From: Antedon mediterranea
Taxonomy: Eukaryota > Animalia > Echinodermata
Direction: 5' to 3'
Length of the DNA stretch: 64,000 nucleotides
Assembly: GCF_964355755.1 (NCBI RefSeq)
Contig: NC_092673.1
Coordinates: 5,952,001-6,016,000, forward strand
Below, one piece after another: positions 37,769 to 51,483 of the stretch (position 1 is its first letter; every line of letters starts with the position of its first letter). The notes under the pieces were generated by a model, which worked only from the letters and a program-made list of their open reading frames with translations, did no database searches and was not told the DNA's origin. A program made the position numbers and the translations under genes.

Positions 37769-40700
37769 ATGGCTGAGAATATAATTGAAGATTTAAAGGA
37801 AACTTTTGAACAAGCGGCTGAACATGTAAAAACACTTGTCAGGTCAATAGAAGATGCTCAGCTTTTGAAATTATATGGCAGATATAAACAGGTACTATAC
37901 ATGACTGGATTAAACAATTAAAACATGCCCATGCTATGTGCATTCGATGTACGTTGCAAATTATACTTTAGAAGACTCTATTATATTAATTAGAACAAAA
38001 TTAATTTCATACGCATTCCACAACAAGTAACTCGCCAATAACAGGATAGATAAACTATTTTATAATTTATGATGTTCATGAATTATAAGTCTTATTTGAG
38101 GCTTAGGGAGTGGATTTGAAAGAGTCAAGAGTTACACTAGGATTGAACCTAGAACCTTGAGATTGGAAGGCAAGTATATTAACCACCAAGCTCCACTCCC
38201 GTTTCTTTTGTCATAGGCTACAGTTGGAAAATGCAACACACCAAAACCGCACATGTTTGACTTCCAAGGAAAAGCGAAATGGTAGGTTATAATATTTTAC
38301 TTATAAAATGTTTAATGTTTAAAACTAAATACCTTTGATGTTTGCTACTCATAATATCTTAAAATATATCTTAAAATATACAATAGTAGGTTCTTGGTAT
38401 TTTGCAGAGAGGGTACAGTAAACTAATACTGGGCAATAAACTGAACTTACCGAGTCACGTGTTGGGGTAATCCCCATATTAATAGTCTGCCAATGAGTCT
38501 CAATGGTTTTCTCCACAGCCAGTTTTACTAACCTTTTGTCCTCATGAGGGCTCACTTTCAATTTTTAAATGTCCAATATATTAATGTTACAGGAATGCCT
38601 GGTCTCAGTTGGGTAATATGAGCCCAGAAGAGGCAATGACAGAATACATCTCATTAATGGATTCATTGGATGAATCCTGGAGGTCAAAGGTTATCGAGGA
38701 AAATAGTGAACAAAACTCTGGTTCCTTTGGAATATCAGTTAGTACAATGAAGAAACCTGAAGATGAAGTTATAAGGTAATGTACAGTATGACAGCGATTG
38801 TTTATACCTAATCGATCAACTAATAATGCAGGCTTACCCTCATATGATTTGCACAAGTTGTCTGTCATTTATTGCAAAGAACACTTGCACCCTGCTGTCT
38901 AAGCAGAATAGTGCCGACATTTCCAATGTAAGCAAAATCCAATTAGGCCTACTGTGAGAATACACTCAGACCCTGTGATTGTACCACCACTAAGCCACCA
39001 TTTATTTTTAAAAACAATTTCCATACACTAATACATAAATAATTCAGGGTTAGATCGTTCACCCTCCCCAAAGTCCGGACACAAAGCACAAAAAACTTCA
39101 TTACTTTCCACAGAGTTTTCAATGATTGGTGAATGAAACTGAGTTATGATAAGCAAATTGTGAACCCCTTTTGGTTTGTGTTACTGGATGTACTATGATG
39201 GCCATTGAAAGACTGATTTGTGGACTATGATATATTTTAGTATTACTTGTTTGGACTGCGTTATACTATGTTTTTTTTATATATTTATTATTATATTTAT
39301 GTCAACTTCATCACTGTTTACTTGATGCAATAAAAGAAATAAATAATAATAATAAATAATAAAATGAATATAGGTCAACTCTTCCAGAACACCCTTCTGG
39401 TATCAGGAGAGTTTAGTGTTTAACCACTAATTTGAATGTTTCAGAGATGATGAGAAAACAGCTTTGGATTGGTGTAAAGAAGGTAATTTGAAAGAACTAA
39501 AGAAACACATAAAAAAAGATAATACTGTCATTGACTACAGAGACTCTGAGGTTAGTATTTTATTTGGTATATAATAGCAAGCTTTCATTTGGGGAAGGTA
39601 AGTGGTTCAGATAGATACGTTTTGCACTCTTCAGTCACGGTCTATTAACTTACTATCTTCTTCGTCTACCATCCCCAAACCAAATCTAGGTAATATACAA
39701 AGTTAAGTGCGGTGGTATTACAATAATAAGATGAAATATTCATTTAAAAAAGCTGAATGGAACATTTCTGGTATCTATATTATAGAGGGAGTTTATGCAT
39801 TTATGCAGTCTAGTACTCTCTCATCTTCTCTTCTTCTTCCATCTTGACACTATTGAGTAAAAAGTGCGATTTAAAAAGTACTACTCCTCCCTTATTAGTT
39901 GTAGTATTGAGCTGGAATTTGACATGAATATACTACAGGGACATGTCCTCAAAGCTATAGAGCCGCATTTTTAAATTTCAAACCGGATGCAGCCATATGA
40001 CGTCTCGAAGATGGTACCGTATAGCCGTATTTGGTAGCGAGGTTATTGATGTGTATGTGACGTTACATCCGGTCTTATGACGTCATTACAGCTTCTTTTG
40101 CTGTACCCCGAGTATCGCACGTTCGTGCTTGTTTATACAAATGTTTGCTACACATAGGGTATCAAAATGACTGCAATTGTATTAGAAATTGAGTATCCTT
40201 GCTAGTAGTACAGTAAATAATATAAAAAGTACATTGAAAAAATGTCAGAGGTTAATAGGTTAGAGGTTAATATATACAGTATGTCAGAGGTTAAGTGTTA
40301 TTTCAACATACTAATTTGTCATAATTTACCATTATTGTCATTACAGGGTCTTACTTTACTACACTGGGCATGTGATAGAGGATTTGAAAATGTTGTCAAA
40401 TATCTACTTGGACAGAAAGCCAACATCAACCATCAAGACACAGATGATCAAACTGCATTGCATTATGGTATAGTTCTATATATAGCAACATTAATTTAAA
40501 ATCAGATCAAATATTTAGTCTGTAATAACCAGGAAACTTACATATATTAAAGCTACATTTGCTCTTGAGTTTCAGACACTAATAATTATTATAAAATAGT
40601 TATACAACCAAAATTGAGGCGCACTCGGTCCATGGTTCTGGTCTTAGAACGAATCTTCTGTAGGTCCGGTGTACACAAAATGCTAATGGGGGAGAGAATG

Positions 40701-40972
40701 TACAGTAGAGGAAATGTCTGTGAGATATTGAGGGCCTCATGCACGTCAGCTTATGCGGTTTCGAGTTATTAAAAATCTCATTTTAATTTGATACTGTTGT
40801 ATTACATTTTTCAGCATGTATTTGCGAGCATCAAGAAATAGTTAAGATGCTCCTTGATCATGGTGCCAATCCAGCTGTAAAGGATGCTACAGGCTCTCTA
40901 CCTGCCGATCACACAGACAATCAGTATATCAAAAACCTACTCAATGGAATGTCAAAAAGCTGCTTAACATAA
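37769..40972 (+). CDS. ACBD6: Acyl-CoA-binding domain and ankyrin repeat protein (ACBD6), 251 aa, 6 coding exons
   Basis: Exons 37769-37891, 38217-38281, 38593-38775, 39445-39550, 40347-40467, 40815-40972 (756 nt). ACBP motifs: [54 protein letters not shown]. Then ALDWCKEGN and ankyrin repeats GLTLLHWACDRG and DQTALHYACICEH..LLDHGANP. Confidence 0.93.
38098..38200 (-). mobile_element. tRNA-like short repeat ending just before the ACBD6 exon-2 acceptor
   Basis: Minus strand GGGAGTGGAGCTTGGTGGTTAA ... GGTTCAATCC; related to the 35096 and 2432 copies. Confidence 0.55.
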
Positions 40973-40974
40973 CA

Positions 40975-41590
40975 TGTGGCAAAAGAGTAGTGTAGCCCTG
41001 TTTGATGATGTAAATGCACCTGTGGGGGAGGCTATACCATAAAGATACCACCTGTTAGACACCTGTGGGGGAGGCTATACCATAAAGATACCACCTGTTA
41101 GACACCTGTAGGAGAGGCTATACCATAAAGATACCATGTATGTCGTCTGTTATCAAAGGAATAGTGTAGCCCTGTTTGATAATGCAAACCCACATGTAAG
41201 GGGGGTGGGGGTGCTATACCATGAGTATGTCGTCTGTTTTCAAAGGAATAGTGTAGCTCTGTTGGACTGCACCTCTGTGGAGGAGGCTATACCATGTATA
41301 CCACCTGTCTGTTGGGAAAGGAGGAGTATAGCCCTGTCCACCTGCATGCACACCACCTGTAACCAACACCTGTAACCAACACCTACTTAATGGAATGTTG
41401 AAAGCTGCTTTACATGGCAGTTGGGCGTATGACTATGCAAATCCTCCTGTGAAAGATGCTATATACCATGCACACCACCTGTAACGAACACCTACTTAAT
41501 GAAATGTTTAAAAGCTGCTTTACATATCAGATGGCAGTTGGGCGTATGACTATGCAAATCCACCTGTGAAAAATTATATATACCATAGGC
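40975..41590 (+). repeat. Compound tandem repeats downstream of the ACBD6 stop (43-bp unit x3, a tagtgtagccctgt motif x4, ~120-bp unit x2)
   Basis: cacctgtgggggaggctataccataaagatac at 41017, 41060 and 41103. cacctacttaatg.aatgtt.aaagctgctttacat at ~41380 and ~41490. Confidence 0.8.
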
Positions 41591-41653
41591 TTACAAACAA
41601 ACGTTTGAACTTTTCTTTACGCTTATTTAAACAAGGTGCTTTACAATTGTTGA

Positions 41654-41929
41654 TATTGATTGATTGATTGATTGAAATTTATATTTATACTGGGTAAACT
41701 CTTCAGTAATACACCGGGGTAACCCCCTACTAGTCTCGAAAGATGTACTAGGTTCTTTAAAGTGCACACGAGCTAGATGTGTACACTGGACCTACGGTTT
41801 ATAGTCCTTATCCGAGAAGACTCGTTCTACCACCAGAGCCATGGAGTGAGTGAGCCTCGAACCCCTTGCCGATGTTATGGCTACGTAATTACGGTTCCAC
41901 TGTCTTAACCGCTCGGCCACTCACTCACT
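41654..41929 (-). mobile_element. tRNA-derived SINE with a Deu-domain-like body
   Basis: Minus strand has A box GTGGCCGAGCGG and B box GGTTCGAGGC. Body GTCTTCTCGGATAAGGACTATAAACCGTAGGTCC..TTAAAGAACC..GTAGGGGGTTACCCCGGTGT resembles the DeuSINE central domain (recalled, not searched). (CAAT)n tail. Confidence 0.78.
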
Positions 41930-42926
41930 CATATATTGGATATTGTGTTTATTGGATATTGTATTTATGAGTAAATAATAATATTATATAATAATATTAA
42001 TAATAAATGAATTGTTTGCAAGAAATTGTGGTCAAAATTGTATTGAGTAAACATAGTTTAGTGTGAAGGTGTGGCTTAAGGTGACAACAATGAAAGTATA
42101 TTAAAATGAAAATATATTAAAATAAAACCATAAATATCAAATAAAGTGGACAATACAAATCCAAGCCATTGGTCAATGATGTGTGAGTTAGAAACACCAA
42201 ATGTTTCAACAAACAAAATTAATGTCCTGATACAGAAATTAGACTTCAACTTCTGAATAAATATGTGATGCATTGTAACCTCAGAACATGAGATCATTTA
42301 CGGCTTGCTCAATGAAAGGAGAACATTTATATGTATGTATAAATGCTTTTTTAAATCTTCTGTCATAATATTTTAAATATTAGTGGGTTTATACAACAAG
42401 AAGCTACAGTACAATGAACATGACAGTGATTGTGGCTGTTGATGCATGAAATGTGCAATTATATTATTTTGGTAATTTAAAAAATTTACAAATTTTGAGA
42501 TTCAAGGATGATTGCACAGAATATTGCAATGTCAATTGTGGGTGTGGAAACTATTTGCAAAGATAAATGTGGGTGGGGCCTATTTTTGCAAGGTTAATTA
42601 TGGGTGGAGCCTATTTTGCAATACTAATTGTGGACGAGCCTATTTGTAATGCTGATTATTAGTTTATTTTATGTTATTTACTTACAACCACGACTAAAAC
42701 AAAACAATGATCACGATAAAAGAACAGCTTTATTTCTTTTCCATTAACTATCATCTTTACCGACTTCCAAAAATGAATGACACCACCATCATTTCTTCTT
42801 ATGCTTTAAAACTTGTGTTAGTATACAGTTATTAATGCTAATGAATTATGTGCAAATAATATTATACAAAGATGTTTCCAAACAAAGAAATGCAGTAAAT
42901 TTGGTTGTTATCTTTAACCACATAAT

Positions 42927-45600
42927 TCACTTCTTCTTGCCAAATGCGAGAGGCTTTCCCTTGTCTTTTCCACGGAGCTTTATCCCTGCAAAGAAAAACA
43001 ATTATGAATTTAACGATAGAGGACTCAATCATGTTTTTCACTGAACAGGAAAGATGATGATACCCCTTTTGTCTACCAAAATTTAATCAGGACAAACACT
43101 GGCGTATGTCACAGAAGTCTATTTTGTGTCCCCGCAACATTCAAAGCGGATCGGAGCCCTAATGGACAAATCAACATTGTTTCAAGTGTCTTTTTAAAGT
43201 ATAATTGGGAGTACCAAATAATAAAGTCAAATGAAGTACAAAACATAGCTGGTTTTTAAAAATTGTTTGATATTTACAGTATTTGCCAGTGCCTCATGGC
43301 TCAACAAATGAAATTTGAAATTGTTTGATCTGAACAATTATCATTATGACTCACCTAATGTCCTCTCTATTTTCCCGAGGACTTGGTTATTTGGGATTGC
43401 TCTTCCGGCTTCGTAATCATTAATAACTTGCGGCTTTTCATTAATTTTCTAGATAAGGATAAAATTAATTGATACATACTACAAAAAATACAAATATTTA
43501 CAATTGAGTGCAATTTTAATATCATCCGGGAGGGCAGAAAGGGGTTAATATTTCACTTTGAAACTTTCCTGGGAAATTTGAAATTTCCTGCGCAACTTAC
43601 GGATAGAAATCCTTGCGCAATCTCAAATTGAACAAACCATATATACATGAACTGTGTATTTTAAACATACATAGTTAATGCAAAATAAAAAAAGTGATTA
43701 ATTTTAATTGTGATCTATTAACACGATTAAAAAAAAAAGATTTGAGAAACTGCGTGAGAAATTCTGGTTTGTTAATTCAAATGTCATCTTACTGTCGCAA
43801 GTTCTTTCTGTGTCATCTTCTTCTCTATTCGTCCTTGACTTATCAGTTTTCCAACCTCCAATGATACACGTTCATCTAAGAAAAAAGAAAGAAATAAGTT
43901 AAATATTTTCTCGAAAATGACCAATGGTGACCAGTGGTTAGTGTTAGATTAGTATCAAGAAAAGGTTTGACACATCATTTTAGCTGATAACAGCGTGTGG
44001 CGTCACCCCTCCAATTTCTGGGAAGGCTGAACTATCAATTTATTTTTCCACATTCAAAGAGACAATACAAAGGAAGATACATTCAGGAAATCCATGATGT
44101 ATGGGTTCAATAGAATATTTATTAAATACCATGTGACTTACAATCCTCCAATCAAATGACAAGAATCTACTACTTAGGTGTTATTAAAATGAATATAATC
44201 ACTTACGATGTAACTCTTCAGTTTCTCTGTCAAGTTTTGCTGTGTCTTTAGTTATTACATGCTGTTTATTTGTTGAGGCTGTAACTGTGAAAATAAAATC
44301 TTATATTGTAAATAAAATGTCATTAAATTCTAATTAACCAAAGTTTGGTTACTACTAATAACAATAATAGAAATAAGCACCGATTCAAATATTTATCAAA
44401 GGAGATGTGTGAGAATAAAGCAAGGTCAATAAACATTTAAGTTGAAGTTGAGTTGAAAGTAGATTTGGTAATGAGTTCCAAATAAGAGGGGTTTGAAAGG
44501 AAAAAGCAATAATCCTTATTACCAACCAGGATAGACTTTTTTCCAGGAGCTATTAGAGCCTTAAACATCATGTAGACACTTTTTGTAATGTTTTTGTTTT
44601 GAGTTCGTGTTGTGTCCATTGGATATTGTTCAAATTCAAATATTCTTTATTCATCCTCAATCATGAAAATATACAACAAAAATATATGAGAACATAAAAA
44701 AGATGAAAAGGAAACACATAAAAACTCAAAAGAGCTTGATTAGTTGTGTCCCCCTACGTCCCTAACTAGCCTAGAAAACTAAAACATAAATAATAAAAAA
44801 GCTAAATCCTATTGTGTTCTGCCAACAGAGCAAACAGAATTTATATGTTTTTTTTTCTTAAAACAATTGACAATAAATGATACTTGACTTTACTATTAAA
44901 TTTAACTATAAAAAAACAGACTGTTTATTCTAGTTAAACTTACTTTACTGAATATACCATTCCAGCTTGGCATAAAAATACCAGTTGTTCTTCCAATAAA
45001 ACAGTCAACAAGAAAGAACAAACAAAAAGATGCAAAACTTGCTTATGTCGCATAATCTAAATGTGTAAAATATATTTTATGCTAATTCTAATACATACGG
45101 ACTTTCACTTACACTTTTTACTGGTTTCAACAGCAGCTCCTGTTCTCATAGCAGAATTCACAGCCTTAGAAATAAAATAAAACAAACTTACACATTCATT
45201 TTGAATACTTGAAACGCAAACTAAAATGTTCTCAGATGTATTGTAGCTTGGTTCCTACTAGGATGCAACGCAAGGATGTAGGTGCAACACAAGTAGTTTG
45301 ACCAATCACACTTGATTATTAAAATGGTCTCTTGTCATTGGTCAACTCAATTGCATTGTGTCTATGTCCTTGAATTTCGTTGCTAGTGGGAACCCTGCTT
45401 TAAGATAATTCAAATACTTATACACTACTACTAGTAAAAACAACATTTATTTATAATTTTAAAAAAGTGCTTGTAATGAACGAATATTTATCCTGCTTTG
45501 TAAAAGGAACTATAAGCCATACCTGAGAAGACTTTAAATGTGAGCTTTTTGGTGCTTTCTTTCTCAGGTAAGTTACTTCATCCCATCCTGCATCGGCCAT
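42927..45600 (-). CDS. EDF1: Endothelial differentiation-related factor 1 / multiprotein bridging factor 1, 147 aa, 6 coding exons
   Basis: Exons 45523-45600, 45113-45164, 44207-44284, 43793-43875, 43355-43448, 42927-42985 (444 nt). Translation includes [39 protein letters not shown] and [51 protein letters not shown]. Confidence 0.96.
45245..45399. mobile_element. Palindromic MITE (AGCTTGGTTCCCACTAG family), degenerate
   Basis: agcttggttcctactag ... ctagtgggaaccctgct with internal ccaatca / ttgg inversions. Confidence 0.7.
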
Positions 45601-45619
45601 TTTCAGTGCTGTATAACTA

Positions 45620-46050
45620 AATAATTATTAATAAGCTATAAATTGTGATAACTGTAGACTTGGATATTATCACAAATTCCAGGAGGATTTCACCAAGATA
45701 ACTATCAATCAAATGTAACAATAGCGCCTAAAAACAAGAGTGAATTTTGCAATACATCGCAGACTGCCTACAATAGCTCTGCACAATACATAGGGTATTA
45801 GTCTAGGACTATGTAAACTGATTTAATGGCCAAAAAAAAAAAAGATTAATTTGAACTGTAAGAATCCCTTTAATGATTCGTATGTATTTACGTAACCGTA
45901 ACTGTATTCTTGAACGATCTCCTAATTTAAATAACAATTGCACACACAGGTGAACAACGGTATATAGCCTGTTGTTTGCCATGAAGGCCTCGAAAATCAG
46001 GGGAGCCGGCTGGTGACACTTAACTTAATATTTTTGTCATTTTTAGAGTT
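45620..46050. promoter_or_regulatory. Probable bidirectional promoter region between EDF1 and TRUB2
   Basis: Divergent housekeeping genes: EDF1 ATG at 45600 (-); the TRUB2 ATG exon has an acceptor at 47211, so its TSS is further upstream. TSS positions are not determined. Confidence 0.35.
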
Positions 46051-47287
46051 ACGATAGCAACATTTGCTTATGCATGCACGTTATAATGGCCGTTTTCACA
46101 GTATCATATAATATACAAAATTGTGCTGGACAGTTGCATTTGTGCTCCTGGTGGTGGTGGAACTTAATTTAACCATCTGTTTTGAAATGGCTAATAAAAT
46201 AATATAGGCCTAGGCCTATTTCATTTTCAAAATCCTCAAAGTATCATTTACAAAAATGGTAAAGTATGAACACAGACATTAATTGACTTTCTGTTAACTA
46301 TTATTTATAAAATCATTGTTGTAGAGTCCTAGGCCCAGGTAGGCTAATCTCCTCGCCCACTATATCTAGCTCTAAGAGCCCTCAACAAGCACTCACTTCA
46401 GTCTTCTCATGCATATCATCAGCTGCATGCTCTGATTGAATTAAGAAAACGGTCAGGCTAGCCTACACACAACAGTCTTGCTTCAGCACGGAAATATTAC
46501 ATAATAACTGATGCTAACTAATTGTATACCCACCAGTGAGAATAGTTTAAATGTTAAATTGGAAATTGGTGATGTGTTCGCGTGTGGTAGATTGATTTAT
46601 ATTAAGTTTGTTTTGATGATATTTCGTGTCGAGCCAAATCGTTCTGGAAGTAATTCTCCTTTCATCAGCAGCTGAAATATTGAGGGCGTTGTGCTGCCAT
46701 GTGATTTTATTTATTTACTTTTTTCGCCAACAATTCATCTCTCTCTCTAGGCCTAATAATTGTATTTACGTATATTTCTGTATATATTGTAATGATATGA
46801 TATTTCCATCTTAGATTTTTAGATTAGTAAAAAACACCCTTTTTATTTGTAAACAATTTGAAATGATTTTATTGGACCTATTTAGCTACGCTATCTAGGC
46901 CTTGCTGTAGTCGGCGTCGCGCGCGCAGTGTGGGTATAGAGAATATCAACCATGGAAGAAATCCCACTTTGCCATGGTGGGAAGGCAGATACAGATGTTC
47001 GGTCGCGTTAATAGTGTGACCAAAATCAACGGAATTGCCATGATCCTAACTTCCCTTTCCGCCCCCTGAAAAAAGGTCTACTTATTTAGAAGTACTGCAT
47101 TGCGTTAGTATGGCATCTCTAATTAACAATGCTACAATGTACAATAATAATAATACTATTTATTACCCTACTTTATTTAAAAATTGTATTGTTTGTATCT
47201 TCCTTCTCCAGCATCTTGGCAACACAACAACTACCACTCTACAGACCAGTGTTGATATGGTCTTGGATGTTGATATTACACTAAAAA

Positions 47288-50177
47288 ATGAGTTTCAATA
47301 AACTATATGGATTGTTTGCTGCCCATAAGCCAGCTGGTATAACATGTTCACAGCTGATTGGTACTCTTAAGACATCGTTATTAAAAGGTGTGGTAACTAA
47401 GTAATATCTCAACATTCTTTTGATGATGATGCTGATGATGGTACACATGCAACTAAATTGTATGATTTCCGTGCTACAGACGACATCTTGAAATAATGAC
47501 AAGCTATGACTAACAACATAGCATTTCATGTTATTTGTTGTAAATGTATAATTTTTTTCTGATGTTCTAAAAGTGAAAATATAAATATAAAGTACGCGTA
47601 GTTGTATACCGTCCCTTTATAATTTTTAAAAAATGTATAATTTTTCTAAAAGTGAAAATAAAAATATACAGTACGCATAAGTTGCTACACCATCACTTGT
47701 CACTCCATTAGCATAGCATGAAAACTATGTGTATTAAAAAATCATGAGCATGTGCTTGATAAAATCAATTTGCTGAAACGTTTATCTTTTTTGTTTTTTA
47801 GGGGTATGTTTTTACACGTGTTACTTATGCATCTCTGAACTACCATCAATGTTTTCCTCATCAAAAGTTAAAAAAATTGAATTTAATGATAACACCACTA
47901 CTTTCTTGATACAGATTTGAATGCATCTCAGAAGTTATATCTTCCAACATTTGTGGAGGTAAAACAACTTGGCAAAGAAGCATCAAATGATGATAAAGAA
48001 AGATCAAATGAAAATCAGCTTTGGAAAGTGGAAGAGAAGAAAGACCTACGGTTCCATCCTCTCGTGGCTGGTCCTTACTTTAACAGACTCAATGTTCAAG
48101 TGGTTTCTGGTGGCCTTGACAAGAAGTCCTCTGGTGTTCTAGGTAAATACTTTGTAGAACCTATTATTTATAATTTATAGTAAATCAGAGGATGATTTTA
48201 AACTTTGGAATATGAAAATATGCCCTTCTATCCTTTTGAAAAGTGTTTTCAATTTTGCCGTTTCTATTTAAAAATTTTGTTTTAAAAATATTATATATCC
48301 AATGGTTTTACCTTCAACCTGCCCATTCTAAACAAAATCACAGAGTGCTAAAAGTATATGGTGATTTTATCATACACTACCACTGTACTAGAATGTTTTT
48401 ATAATTGACAATGTTTAACTACACTGTCGTTGACAACATTTAGAATAAAGCTATTTTTTATTTAAAACATTAAAGTACAGTATGCTTCCAAGAACAAAAG
48501 CAGAGGTATGGCAAAGCCCCCCTCCCCCCTCCCAACCCACATATCACATATTGTAATAATTGTTTCTGATTCTTTTTACTACAGTATTGAGTATAGGCAG
48601 AGCATCACGATATATTCCAGCCTATCAAGATGCCTTGCTACCCAGGCAGTATCATGTTAATATGCAGCTAGGCTATGCAACCAATGACTACGACGCAGAA
48701 GGGAAAGTTATAGTCAAATCAACATATCGTGAGTGCACATCACATAAAATATAAATCTCAAAACAAATGTTAACATAACTTAGTACAGAAACCAAGTTAA
48801 ATGCATATGATGGTCTCCTTAATTGAAGTTCATTCGACACGTAGTGCATGGTGTCAACTCGACAACATTGTCAAAAATTTTAAATATAAAATAATCAATG
48901 TTTAATCTAAAAATTAAACAATATTTCAGGTCATATTTCAAGAGAGAAGTTTGATAGAGTTGTTACAGGGCTAACAAAGACATCGAGACGATATAATTCA
49001 AAGTAAATATTCTGAAACATATTTATGGTATTTTGCATTAAAATTTTAGAGGCTTTAATATTCAGTGAAACCATAGGTTAAGTATGGTCCATACTAGCAA
49101 CACAATGCAAAGACAACTCCAACAAGTTGACCAATGACAATCGACAGTTTGAATAGTCCATCACTTGTGATTGGTCAAATTACTTAAGTTGTGTAACGTC
49201 CTTGCATTGCGTCCTAGTGGGAGCCAAGCTTTAATTTAATTACTATTTTCATATTTACTGTAAGCTCAACATATAAAATAGTCAATCTTAACTTTTAAAA
49301 CAGCTCTTTTGTGCAATAACACATCCATATAAAAATATAATTACTTCATTCTATATATACGTCAACATTTTAATATATAAAAAATTCAATCCACAGTTAC
49401 AGCGGACTTGACATGCAATCGCAAGAAGCCTATGACATAGCAGTTGCAGGAAAGTTAGAATCTGTTACGTTGTTCAACCAACCAACTATAATAACAGCAA
49501 AGTGTTTACATTTCAATCCACCATATGTTAGCCTAGGTATGTAAGTAGAAAATATTTAAAGTTAAAGATTAACTTTAATGTCGTTTTCTATCAAATTGTT
49601 GTCTTTTTTCATTTTTTTAAGTGACATGATTGTTTCCTGTAAATAATAGAAATAAAAAATTAAAAAAAAATCATATCTGAGAAGGTATCGCAGTAGTGGA
49701 AAGCGCTCACTTTATTGATAGTCCAATGTTAATGAGGAGTTGCGTAACGGTATGAGGACAATGGCAACGTAATAATGCTTGCTGATGCACGCTGTTTAAT
49801 AGACTGGCGTGCCATTACACATCACAAATTAAAAACACTTATACTCTATTCATGCTTCTTATGTCGATCTTTTGGTTTATTTGAAAACAGAAATGGAATG
49901 TTTAAATGAAGATAGCGATTTCATACGAGACACAATAAATTCGCTTGGAATTAAATTAAAATCATCGGCCGTAACATCTCGAATAAACAGGACAAAAGAC
50001 GGACCATTCACAATGGAACACTCAATTTTACGTAAACATTGGACATTAACAAACATTGCACAGTGTGTTAAAAATAGCAAGGAAATGGTCAAACCATTTA
50101 TTAAAAGAAAAGACATGTTTTTAGATGAATTAACTGATGAACAGGTCAAAGGTCAGCCAGATGTACAGATTCAATAA
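47288..50177 (+). CDS. TRUB2: Mitochondrial pseudouridine synthase TRUB2, 323 aa, 6 coding exons
   Basis: Exons 47288-47387, 47915-48142, 48585-48728, 48930-49002, 49397-49536, 49891-50177 (972 nt). Motifs: LYGLFAAHKPAG, HPLVAGP, LDKKSSGVLVLSIG, LGYATNDYDAEGKVIVKSTY, HISREKFDRV, SQEAYDIAVAG, CLHFNPP, RTKDGPFTMEHSILRKHWTL. An in-frame TAA precedes the ATG. Confidence 0.92.
49080..49230. mobile_element. Palindromic MITE, same family, degenerate
   Basis: Ends with ttgcgtcctagtgggagccaagct; internal accaatgacaatcga / cttgtgattggtcaa as in 53006-53184. Confidence 0.68.
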
Positions 50178-50786
50178 TAGTGTCATCCGACTTCATTGTT
50201 GGTTGTCGCCCTTATTTTACAACTGAAGTAGTGTTTTTATTACAGCTATAAGGTTAATTGTTTCACACATACAAGGTGAAATCTTCCTGCTAAAAAATAT
50301 GTAATAAAAACATGAATGAATATATTCAAAACGAAATTTAAATTATTTTGTAGTAAACTGTTATTAATATTATATACATGTATGCAAAAAGATAATTGAT
50401 GGAAAAGGGCCTATCCAAAGTCAATAAAAAATGTAAACAATCTTCAGGTAAAAATCTTGGTGTTTTGTCAAAAACGACAGGAATATGTTTACTTTTTATT
50501 TAAAAAAATCCAAATTAAATTGACGTACACAGTACAGTATTAAATTACAGTAATAATGGTACGGTACTGTACTTACAATTATAGGGGGCGGCAATTACAT
50601 ATTTAAATTTATCAGGAATTAATTGGTCAAAATTATAGAGGGCGACATGCTGAATTCGTTTTTAAATTGTAGGCGCTAACAACAAACAGAAATAAAAGCA
50701 AAAGTACTATAGGCCTACTTGGCAAAATTCTATGTTGCCAAGTAACACGTTTGGTGCTAATAAATCGGTGTGATATTAGTGTCTAA

Positions 50787-50914
50787 AGCTCTGTCCACAC
50801 TTTCAAACTTTATTTGACAAAAAAAATGTGATGTGCCAATTTTGGACGTCATACTACCATATTTGGGCATATCACATTTTTTTGTTAAACTAGTTTGATA
50901 GTGAAGACAGAGCT
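50787..50914. mobile_element. Palindromic MITE (AGCTCTGTC family)
   Basis: taa|agctctgtccacactttcaaact ... agtttgatagtgaagacagagct|caa. Confidence 0.7.
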
Positions 50915-51483
50915 CAATGAAAAATGTAAAACTTACCACATACTGCTAACTCTGGACGGATATATCACTTGCTAAAGAGCAATTGTTTCCCGGCATCTTC
51001 GTAGCCTTTGCGACCCAAACGTATAGAAACATAATTTGTAATATATTTTGGGAGCTTATTTATTATTATATTATATATAATTTTGTTTAAAGAATCGTTT
51101 ATTGTAAGGCCTAGTTAATTTAATTTTAGAAAAGATAACATTCATATAAGACACTAAAAATAACTGACAGCCAATTTCGAAAAACAAACTGAGTTTGCCA
51201 CTCCGGTTTGGAGAATGTAGCGTTTGTCAATCAATCATAAGAATAGGAAATATATGAAGACTGTTATGAGCAAACTTTAGAAAGAACAAATAAAAACATT
51301 TTACTTGTATGTTAAAAATGTAACATGGTTTTAAACCGGATTTGCCTACAAAATATGTAGGCCTATTATACTAAACTCTGTACTAAACCCAATTTAAATA
51401 ACTTTTTTTTCACAACAGAATTATGCGAATGTGTCTGACAATGTTTATTTGTCCTAGCCGTATTTTATGCCTATACTGTATCT

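Noticed and set aside
47420-47565. C/D box snoRNA in a TRUB2 intron
   Set aside because: ATGATGA lies in a (GAT)n microsatellite, and there is no convincing terminal stem or guide sequence.
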